Below, one piece after another: positions 12,501 through 24,500 of a stretch of 64,000 bases of DNA. Source of the stretch: Aplysia californica (taxonomy: Eukaryota); the NCBI RefSeq assembly GCF_000002075.1, contig NW_004797322.1, forward strand, positions 402,297 through 466,296, written 5' to 3'. Position 1 is the first letter of the stretch. Every line of letters starts with the position of its first letter. The translations under genes were made by a program, and so were the position numbers. The notes beneath the pieces are model-generated. The model saw only the letters and a list, made by a program, of their open reading frames with translations. It was not told the DNA's origin and did not search any database.

Positions 12501-15500
12501 TATTTGATCTATGTCAGACGACCACAAGACGATAGTAAACATTCAGCCATATTGATTTCATAGGGAAGGGAAGTGTTTATTTTCATATCGAACATCTTCA
12601 CTATATTCGAGTACAAGTATCGAATATCATGACAGAGACGGGTCCAAATGAATCCTTTTCAAGTCAAACGATTGAAGAGGAACACCTTACAATTCACATA
12701 AACTGGTTTTGCTAATACACCCCAACCATCACTGACTCCAACAAATTTTATTTTGCCATGTGACAAATTAAATGCAGAAATGAAGACAGGAGAATGTACT
12801 GAAAACGATTTCCTTTTCATCATAGTTTAAAAAAGTAAGAACGTATTCCATATGCTTTTTCTTCACATTCATAATGAAATTCAACACCTTACCTCATGGC
12901 AAAACAATAATATCATAAAGATCGATGGGTTCTTTTGACACTCATTACAGCAAAGGCTGTAATTAATTAATCCATACATAATCATTCAAAGATCACTGGT
13001 TTTGACAACATTGATTTATACAAATATTTTCTACAACCTTTGAGTAGATCACCATGAGTATACTGCAATATCGTAGCATTCAGCTTCTGCCCTACAGCTG
13101 ATCTAGAAGGTAAAAAAAGCCTATAGCCAACAGTACCTGAAATCTAATGAAGGAGTAAAACAAAAAGTGTGAGAAAAAAAAGAAGAAATCTACCCGTAGA
13201 CAGAATGCTGGCCACACCTTACCTGGACAAGTGTTGTTGAAGTCAGGCTGAGATCCTTGTGGACAGCGACATTCGAAAGAGCCATCTAAGTTGGTGCATA
13301 CCTGTCTTGAAGTGCAGTTGTCTGTGCCTTCAGCACACTCATCAATATCTATGGGAGAAAAAAAGGATTATGACGCGTGCAGGATCTTTTTCATCGTAGT
13401 ACTGCTCTTATCACATGACAACCATGGATTCTTCTAGCTGCCGGTAATGTACTTGAGAAGTTTTTATGTATGAAATTACTGTAATACAGTTTGATTCAAA
13501 ATTCTGTCTGATTTTCCATTTTCTGAAATTTCTCATAAAAGTGTAAACTGAGGAGCTCTTTTTGATTTGATCAAATGCATCAACATGTTTTACCATTTTA
13601 AAAAAAGGCACTGGAGGCAACTTTCTTGCGCAGTAACCAGCGAGCTTCTTGATTACATGTGAAGATGTAATACATGGGAGCGAGAAGCACACAGCTTCCA
13701 ATACAGGCAGAAAGTATATATCTTCTAAAGGGGTCTAGCGGTCTACGATTTTCATCAATTTTCAATGAAATTATCGATTTTCTGGAAAGTAGCTTTTAAA
13801 GCCTTTTGATCATTGCTGAATCCTCTTCTTTTGTCCATATTTCACCAAAACATGTTTAAATGGGTGAAAATGTTTCTCAATCAACCTCACACCCCCCCCC
13901 TGCAAAAACGATGAAAATGAAATTTTTTAATGTAATTTTCTCAAAACTTTGTTTTCTAAAGACCATTCATCACTAGAATCTTAAAATTTGAGCTACTAAT
14001 CAAGATAATGTACTGAAACTTTCCAGGTATGAGCAGATTTGGTAGTTACAGGTACCTGGCTAGTTATATTTGAGAAAATGTACTTTATATTTCAGAAATC
14101 TGCATGTGAAATTGATTATTTGCATTTAAAACCGGTGCAAAAAAAAGGACATTACTTTGAAACTCCCAGAAATTCCAGAATATTGGAAGTACGGGATACC
14201 AAAAAATCGAACCAGGCTCCTATAACTATTATTATCAATTTGATATATAATAACAAATTAACATTATGCTTTTTGGTTTCAAAATTTAAAGATTTTCCTA
14301 AAAATTGTATCATTTCAATCCGCCGGTGTCACATAACACATAGGGTTAAATTGTTCTTAAACATTTTAATTTATTTTTAGTTACGACAATACACTATCAA
14401 AATGCTTTCTCTTTGAAGAAAAGAGAAATCCAGTTGTTTATGCACATTATACATAAATATAGAGACTTAAGACTAGAGGGAAAATTCGATATGTGAAATC
14501 TTTTATCCTACGAAACTAAAAAGAACAATAATTTTTTTGACCGAGTTGTTCCCCAAAGGACTAAGCTAAACACAAAGAAGCTATTTATGAGGATAAATAG
14601 AAACAAGTNNNNNNNNNNNNNNNNNNNNNNNNNNNNNNNNNNNNNNNNNNNNNNNNNNNNNNNNNNNNNNNNNNNNNNNNNNNNNNNNNNNNNNNNNNNN
14701 NNNNNNNNNNNNNNNNNNNNNNNNNNNNNNNNNNNNNNNNNNNNNNNNNNNNNNNNNNNNNNNNNNNNNNNNNNNNNNNNNNNNNNNNNNNNNNNACATG
14801 TTATTAAATAATCTCACAATAAGCATTTTCTGTCTTTTGATTTGTCAGTTAAATTGAGCCATAATTCTTCACTCTATCAAGCTTAGAGCCTTCTAGGGAT
14901 TAGGCATTGTATAAATTCCCATCATTATTCATTATTGTATCCAAGATGAAGTTTTACCTGTACACACAGAATTGATGACATTAAATCCAGCTGGACAAGT
15001 ACAGTTGAAAGAACCTTCAGTGTTGTCACAAACTTCATTTACTGGGCATGGCTCCGAATCACATTCGTTTTTATCTGCTCAGAAAAAAAGACCCAAAAAA
15101 AATCCCAGTCAATATTACATTCCCAACCTAGCTGAACCACAAACATTCTGAACATTTTGAGATTGAGCAGAACAGAATTATATCTTTTTACACCTTTTAA
15201 TCATATAGGCATGCATCACAAGTTGCAAATAAAGCACAATAAAGCTGATTTTCATGGCCCTGGCCACCTTTATCCTAGTCTAAGAAGGTTGTTGGCGGGT
15301 GCTCTGGTGTGATTTACTCCTTCTTTCCTATCCAACATCTATTGTCCTTATCTCGTCTCCTTTTTTGTTTGTTATTCTCTTATAACACCCCAAATCTTTG
15401 GTACTTATATGACCTTATAGTGTTGCAAGTGCCATAAAACTAACTAAATCTAAACCCTTAGTTTGGTATTCTATACGCAGCCTTGTAGTAGATGCTACTT

Positions 15501-18500
15501 CTATAAAGTAACACGTTTAACACATGAAGCATGGCAATCTAAAAACCATTGACATTTTTACCTGGTGAAATGAGGGCTTTGGAATAATGGAATAATTTCT
15601 ATCAACCAGTGACGGTATTTCTTAATTTTTCCTTTGAAAAGGTCTGATTTCATACTAATTATACTTCTTTGTTTGTCAGGTACGGGGGGGGGGGGGGGGG
15701 GAAAGAAATAAAAATTCAGCCATGTTCACCTTTTTGAAGACAGCTCAAATATATGTGTACTTATTTATTTGCATACTCTTTTTAGTAGAGGTTTTACAGC
15801 GATCGCAACTGCAGAAGGTCATATGAGCGCCAAGGGGTGGATGTCAACAGATAATTCTTTACAGGGAATCAGGCTTACTCTGCTCCCCTCTCTAGCTTCA
15901 ACAACACAAAGTCTGCTTTTGCATGCTCTGAGATGAGGGAAATATACTGACCAAACCCAAATTAAAAACCAGAAGGGACAAAGAAATCAAAGCTGAAAGA
16001 AAAGTTCTACAGAATACAAAGAGAAGCAGATCTCAGTACATTCCGACTGCTTAGTGTAAGGCTACTCCATAGGCTGTTTCGAAAAGTGGCACATGATGGA
16101 GTCTTTCACAGAGCAATTGATTTGTGCTTTACCTATGCATCCTGTTGCAGATTCGACAAAACCGGTAGCACATGGACAAGAGAAGCCACCGTTTGCATTT
16201 TGACAAACTTGATTCACGCCACATGAGTTATCAAGACACTCATTTATGTCTGCAGAAAGAGATAAAAAGGGTATTCATTATTAATTTCTCATAACACATA
16301 AACAACAGACATGAGTAGACTGCAGAACCTAGTATGTACACCTTGAAACACTTCAAAACAAGATGGTCCAACCTCATAAAAAAGAATCACAAAATCCCAC
16401 GGTCTGAAAAACCTCATCCATCCTTAATTGAAAGTCACATTTCCAAAAATCCCTCACTCCCAAGTATCATAATTGATTCTTATAGAGATGGATGCAGCAA
16501 AGCTTTTTCAATGTACTTTTAAAAACTTATTTGGTTTCTTCTCACTTACCAAAGTGGCTGCAAAGAGCTTGGCTCAGATTTCCTTGAAGATTACTTCTCA
16601 ACTAACACCCTAGTGCTGTTAAGGAATGGGTTAAATGCCACTATGATATAACATGGTTTAATCCACCTGTAAACACAGTTACATCAGATAAGAGGCAGGA
16701 CCTATAAATTCAGCATTCATGTCCAAAAATACTAAACTAAGAGGGTGGAGAGTCCTGACAACTTCTCAAACAACCCTGTAAGTTCAAGGAGATACACCTG
16801 TGGATTTGACCAGGGTCATCTATCAAGTGGTCCAGCATGAAATCAACCAAGTTATCCGAGCAGCAAAACCTCCCAATAATCAAAATGAAATTATTCAAGA
16901 CAGTGACAGACATTCATCCCCATTTTTTAATTTAAAATTTAGTATAAACCATTGCCTCTTCTTTTTCTTTACACGCAGAAAAACAACAGACAACTGATTG
17001 AGAGTGATGTTAAAAACTGATTTTAATTGCTTTACATGCTGCCATAAGAACAATAAATCATTAGATCATATATGAGACAAACTGCTTTGATTGTGCCTGC
17101 CAGTCAACCAGAGCAGCGTGGGATACTTGATTAACCATTTGAGCCCTGACCTCCTGAATCTACAGTGCCCCTCTACCCGAGCTCCAGAGGGATATATTAC
17201 TAATATTCATGAAATCGTCAGACCATTTTTCATGTCCCAATCAGGGTAGTCCTTGTCAATACCAGCATCTTATTCAGAAAGATCTTCAAAATAATCAATA
17301 ACGTCGCATGTAATAAAAACTGTTTTCCTTGTATGTTTTGTCCCAGACGGGCCGGGTTTGGGATGGGGTCTTGTTCACCAGTGTACTGGTGGCTAGGCAT
17401 ATGAGCAATGCGCCACCGGCATACCGATGGACCATAAAAACACATGTAGATATACACAGAAATTAAATTATTGACAGGTATCTACAGATTAATTTTCATA
17501 GAAGGAAAAAAAAAATAAAGAGATGAGAACAATGTTGACTTTCTCTTTGTTTTTGTCTCATCAGAGTCTACTTCAAGACTCAGTTGAGCTCACAAAAGAC
17601 TCTTAAACTACTACCAAAGGTAAAAGGACATAAGCCGTGATGGAAGGAATACCTGTGCATCCAGAGTCTGTGCGGTTAAATCCATTTAAACATGAACAAT
17701 TGTAGGAGCCCTCAGTGTTGTTGCACTCTTCGAAGCTGCCGCATGGATTTCCATCACATTCGTTAATGTCTGCTCAGAAAGAGTCAACATTATGTTGAGG
17801 GATGTTCACCATTTGCAAAATTAGATTAGGTTAAACAAGACAGAAAAATATGTATAACGAACTCAGTCACGATTTAGGAGCATTTACAATGAGAAAAATG
17901 TAAGATTTATTAAGTTTCAGGATGACTAATAGTTGAGTCTTCGTAAAAATCAAAAGCCCCTAGTCAGTTCCAAATGCTTTACACCTATATTGACACAAAT
18001 TAAAACATTTTGGGGTGGGCGCTTCAACCTTGTCTGCTATGTCAAGCCTGGGCAGTGCTTATAAGCATCCCAACAGAAAAAGGGAAATATCAAAGAACTT
18101 AAGTACCCCTGACAGGAATAAAAAACCATACCTTTGGCAAGCAAAGTAAGGATTGTAAGACATAATGCCAGATGTCTGTAAGCAAAGACTTCTAAGAAGA
18201 GCTCACAACTCTACAAGTCACCAATAACAGGACATATGTTTTTGCCTAACTATGTTTTAAGTACGTAACATTTTAATTAGCATGATTCACTGGGGTACCT
18301 TCTACAAGTAGACTATGATGACAATTGTCGTTATGTTATGCAGTTTAGCTATTTTCTTTATTCACATAAGTGGTAAATTTATTCAATATACCCGGTGCAC
18401 AAAACATCCATATTCACAAAGTACTGGTATAAGATAGAAAATATGTTTTCAGAGTCAAAACTTTATTGCAAAAACCTTCAATGAACAACTAAAATACAAG

Positions 18501-21500
18501 TAAATCCATCTTGTTAAAGTAAAAAAGATGTCTTAATTCATTGGGTGGTACCAGTTAACACAGGTGAAAACTGTACACTCAGTCAAAGGAAAACCCCCCA
18601 GATGCAACAGAAAATAAAACTTGAAAGAAAAGTCAAAGAGAGCAGAAAGAGAAGCAAGTCTCATTGCATCTGTGCTTTACCTTCACACCCCGTTCCAGAG
18701 TCGACAAAACCAGTATTACATGTACAACTGTAGTTGCCAGGTTCGTTGCTACAAACTTCATTCACCTGGCATGGGCCACTGTCACATTCATTGATGTCTG
18801 TACAGAAAGCAAGTTTTCATGATTTTACCATACCATCAAAAGACTATAACAAATAAATGCACAAACTATGATGTAGTAAGAAAAGTAGCAGCCTTCATTA
18901 AAAGATCATTAAAATAGAAAGCGGAATAAAGACAGCAAATTTTATTCATGTTTTGACACACGTCAAAGTGAACCTTTACATCCTGAAAATAATCTTGACA
19001 TCCCCGAATTCATGAAAACTCAAGCTCTTTTTAAAAGAAATATGACCCATTTGTTTCAACTTCCAGCATTCTTCAATAACATCAATCGTATCAACAGAGA
19101 CATACATGTGAAAGAAAAATGATTTGTTCATATTGTATCAAGGTCACCAGAAAGGTCGCCTGATCTTTATTTCCAACAAATTGCTTTCATGCTACTATGA
19201 TCATATAAAGTTTGCCCAATACACTTAGCAACAAATATGTATTCTCAAAACTCATTTTTATGAAAATCTTGTTTCAAGAGAGCCCACTCCTCTTAAAGAG
19301 TTGTAGTCTACATAACAAATGAAAAATTCACCTCCTGATGCCAGGCTTTCAGTCCCAATATTGACAATAATTAATTGATTTATGGTTTTTATAATGGCTA
19401 TCTGCAATCAAGGAGAGTTACCTTTGTTTGTTAAAATGCTATCCTTTCATTGTAGCATGGTTTTCTTAGCAAAGGGTCTGTTTTGAGTAAGTTTGAGTTT
19501 TAAAAAAAAGGTAGAATCGTTATTTTTTTCATAAAAAGCTGGAGACTACAGTAAACCAGAATCAGGGTGGGGATGGGATTCAAAGGGTTAACAGAAAAAG
19601 AAATGTGATTTACTGACAAAAATATAGGTATTCCTTCCAATCATTATGGTCTTTGAAAACAATCTTCTCCATCGGAATTCATATATCATCAACCACATTA
19701 CAAGGACGTGAGTATTGTAATAAAAATATTGCTGTGTGCCTAACTGGCTAAGTCACTGTTCATGGTCGGCAGGATAAAGGCATAGTGATGATTGAGTAAT
19801 GAATTGACCTTCCAAGAGAAGAAAGTTTGATCCATCAACGGGAGGGGGATACAAGACTTAAAATATTAATATAGCTTTATTAAAAGCAGGTTGATCATAA
19901 CACAAACCGGTCATGAGTGCAAGAAAAAACTCACAAACCTAAAATACCGGTACGTCAAATTTCAGTGCAAATTGTGATTTCAAAAAGCCAAATTAGTGAA
20001 TTTGTGCTTAGAGAGGACGCAAACTAAAAGCTCTGTGTCATACCCCCCCCCCCTCCTTTCTACCTGGGAAACAATATTCACTAAATATTTCTTCTTCCAC
20101 TTGGTTTGGTTAAGGGTATTCACGGACTTATCATTTTTGTTCAGATTTCGCTTATAGTTTTCATTTTTAAAAAGGGGTACAATTTGTACAACAGTTTATG
20201 TCTGTTCTTTAAAATGACTTGAGTGTTCCATGTTGTGTAGATTCAATAAAGCGGCCACTTCAGTATACTGCTGCACTAAAAGAGCCCTGACCTACAGCTA
20301 GATTTTGCAACTGTGGTTATGTATGGGATAGTGTTTGGATCAGGCTGCTCCCTAATACCACCTTAGCTGGTCCCCAACCTCATCCTCCCTAGTCACTCAT
20401 ATCTTCAGCATTGATTCTACATGTACCTAAATTAAAGGAAAAGAGACTTCGTTATTTTTCATTTAAAACTAGGAAGGAAATGATAAAATAGAATGAAACT
20501 ATATTGTACGATACTCCTTGATGTCTTTATTCGAGACAAGGCTTTATCTGTTAACCCTCACAAACTGATTCAGATGACAATATTGACTTTGTTTCCTGCC
20601 TTCTAGGATAGAAGTGGGTTAGCCGTAATCAATGATAGTAAATAACAAGATGGGCCACTCAGCCAAAAAAGTGTCCGCAGGAAGTAAGCTCTTTGCTTCA
20701 GATGGCGCTGCAGTCTGTTTTGAAGCTCTCTTTCGTTTTTCCAGAAGAAGAATAGGAATAGCACCTCCTTGCGTGCGCAGATCGACTGCTGTTCATCAGC
20801 AGTTCAGGTTCGTTCAGTACGGAGTTTTAGGTTTTTAAAATTTTAATGACCTCTTGCCTTTCATTCTAAAGTCAAATTAAACGAAGAAAACAATCACCCT
20901 TTCCTCCGGAAGAGGTTTTTTGTCAGCGTAACCATTAAAAAAAAGCGTTCTTCCGAAATTCATTCAAAAACTTGCTAGTTTCACTTTGATTTTTTAAAAC
21001 TCAAGTAGGATAACTCTGTTCGCTAAAGATGGGCTTTTGCGAAGAGGGCGCCACCGAATTTTGTTGACACTTTTTTAATTGGCTCAAAGAGAGAAGTGAC
21101 CCATCTTGTCTTGTACTATCTTTGCCGTAACACATACTTATTGCTGTTGCAAAGGATCATAATAGAAATCTCTAGAGAATATGAATAATGATGGTCCATT
21201 CTTTGCCAACTATGTCCGAATATATCAATTTATCCAGATTAAAAGAGGCTCAGGAGATTTAATATACATGTTCTCGTCCTGATCATGTTTTCTTTCTCCC
21301 TATCCTCTATATTATCTCTCACAGGCCAGAATCTCACCAGCAATTCAAAGTCTTACCTGTACACACAGTATCATTGAGGGCAAATCCACCAGTACAGGAA
21401 CAGTTGAAAGAGCCGGGTGTGTTTGTGCAGACTTCATTCACTGAGCATGGGCTGCCATCACATTCGTTTTTGTCTGTCAGAAAGAAATATAGTCAACATT

Positions 21501-24500
21501 ATTATGTTCAGGGATGAGGCCAAAACAAAATTTTTAAATTCTGCGCTTCTGAAGTGCGGTTTGAAAAGAAAGATGACAAATTATAGTTTAAGAACCGGCA
21601 TAACAGGACCCTAATAAAACAAAATGTGTTCCATGTTATGAATCACTTAGGAGTTGTCAAGTGATAAAACAGTTTAAAGCTTGTAGACATAAAATGTCTT
21701 TCAACCCACGGTTGACCTGTGGTCAATTTTAGGAGTAAAAGTAAGAAATAAGAACAAGACTCTAATTAAACAAAATAAGTTCCATATGATGTATCTTTTA
21801 GGAGTCATCAAGCGATCATATTTCAGTTTAAAGTTTGTGGACATAAAATGCTTTTCAACCAACTTTTCATATATTTGTTTTTGCTTAAAGTGAGGTTAAT
21901 TTTAGGAGTAAAAGTAGTTTACTGGTCCAGATAGTTAATTCTTGTAGAATAAAACAGTAGATTAGTATTTCAATCAATAGTACCAAAGGTATCTGGGCAG
22001 CGAGAAAAGCCCCAATGACTTTGGAATATTTTCATGAATTGCTTTTATTTGAAGCTGTTATACTAACATAACAATTCAATCTACAGATTATTCCCAACAA
22101 AAATTAAAAGAAAATGTTTACAAGAATAAAATCTGGCAGTCAGTTTCAGTGCTTTTTAAATAATAAAATTCCTTTTGCAAAAGATGAACATATAAAAAAA
22201 GCCTTTCAGAAAAAACACAAAAAAGAGCGAAAATAATGATTGCACGAGGAAGTTTAACTCGGTACAGGCACTCAGCCTTGCTTCATGCCTTAAGAATAAG
22301 GAATTCTATTGATAAAATCCAAAATTAAAAAAAAAAAGAATTGAACAAAAGTTTTAAAATTGAAAGAACTTTTGCAACATACAAGAGGAGAAAGTCTTGT
22401 TACTTTTTTTATACTTTACCTTCACATCCTGTTCCATTGTTGACAAAACCAGTGATACAAGGACATTTGTATGTGCCAGGTTCGTTGATACACCTTTCAT
22501 TCGCCTGGCATGGGTTAGTGTCACACTCATTTATGTCTGTTCAGACAAAAAAAACAACGATTTAATTTAATTTTAGTAAGCGTTTTACAGTACTTGCAAC
22601 ACATTTAGACCATATAAGTGCCGAAAATAAAAGGTGTTACAAGAGAGTGACAAATACCAAAAACAAGGAGGAGACATAAGGGTGATAGATAGTTGATAGG
22701 AAAGAAGGAGCAAACCACACCACAGCACCTGCCAACCACCCACAGCAGTTTGTTGATTTTTTAACTTTTTGTTTTCACATCAGCAGAAGAACAGAAAGAA
22801 CAGAAAGTACAGAAAACACTAAAACTAATTAATATATTAACTCTGGGATTCACCTGAACACACATCATTGTTGTCTTTTATTATCGTGTGAAACTTAAAA
22901 GTAAAAATGTAACAACACCACAGACATTTTCTTACCTTTAAACCTCTCTATGATGCAAGATGGAATAGGTTACAGAGTTTTAATAGGACAACAATAAATG
23001 GTTGCATATTCCATTTGTGGCTTCATTAGGGGAAATCAGTTCTCCATTATGTGGGAAAACTGAGAACTGAGAAAATAGTAATTGTTTGGCAATGCCAACA
23101 TGATTCAAGATGAGTCAGATGAATGTATAGAAACTATGAGAAAAGGTTAAAAAAAAAATTAATTAGTATTTGAACTCTGGGATTTACCTGAACACACATC
23201 ATTGTTGTCTTTGCTATATCCATCTAGACATGAACAGCTGTAAGAGCCATCAGTGTTGGTGCACTTTTCACGCAGTCCGCATGGGTTTCCGTCACATTCA
23301 TTTGTATCTGCTCAGTAAGAAATAATCAACATGATATACAGTGATTGACAAAATTGAACAAAAAATGTCTGGTTTTTTAATATTTTGCTTGCAGAAACAT
23401 AGACTCTTATATTAACTATAATAGCATGTGTAACAGAATGCACATTCAACAAAAATAAAACGTAGGGATAACCATCTCAGGGTAGGGCCCATGACAATAA
23501 ATCTTATTGTGACAATTGAAAGCTGGCAAAATAAAATACCCTCAACTTACAGTACAACTTCTTTCAAAGTGAGATCAAGATCAATTCTGTGTGAGGCCTT
23601 GTGGGACCATCTTAAAGGAGAACTTATCTCATTCCAGATACCACAACTTATCTTAATGAGGCTACTTTGACAGCGGTTACACTGGCTGTGGATCTCTGCA
23701 GTATTTTTTAACTGACACTTTTTATGCCCTTACGAGCTTGTTAAATGTAACACTAGAGGTACGCAATTGATTAGTACACTTCTCTCTTAGATTACATTCC
23801 TAAAACATCTATACAGTGATTGCTATTTTTACAATGCTCAGCTCTTTCCGGTATTAAGACAGTTTAATAAATGGCCAGAAAAAAAAGTAACACTACAAAA
23901 CCAAGCACATGTAGACAAGCAGAGCATTGAATCCATGGGGAAGTTTTACTCCAACACTGACAAAGCTAAGCTTTATAGTGAGTAGTGAAACTTCTTTGTT
24001 GAGTCTGGGGTAAAGAATAGAATTTTAAAACAAATCCTGCCTAAAAGAAATGTGAGGCAGCGTGGTGAAATCAGGCGTTCATCAAAACAATGAATTAAAA
24101 GAAATCTGCATTTTTCTGAGCATTGGGGAATTTTTTCCGAATTTTCTTTTTTTGGGGGGGCTCAACACCTTTTAAGTACTTTTAAAACCGCATTCTGTGT
24201 GGTCATTATCAAAAAAGTTGATTAACCCTGGAAGCGTGCAGGCCCTATATATTATTATAGGGCTGAACTACTTCAACCAAGGAAGTGCGCAGGCCCTATA
24301 TAAAGGACATAGGCTCTGACCCTTTTCAATGGAAAATTTCAGTATTCCTTATATGGAAAATGACGTAGTAAGTTGAGGGTCAAAGTTATAAATAGTGATC
24401 AATGACTTTGCAAGTTATGTTGACCTCGTAGCGTGTCTCTTGGCCCAGATATCAATCGATAAAGTGACACAGTCCAGCTGGACGACTACACGCTATGTGT

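Noticed and set aside
13368-14335. Possible second Sola-like element ending gtgtcac|ataa
   Set aside because: The left TIR match is poor and the TSD could not be established.
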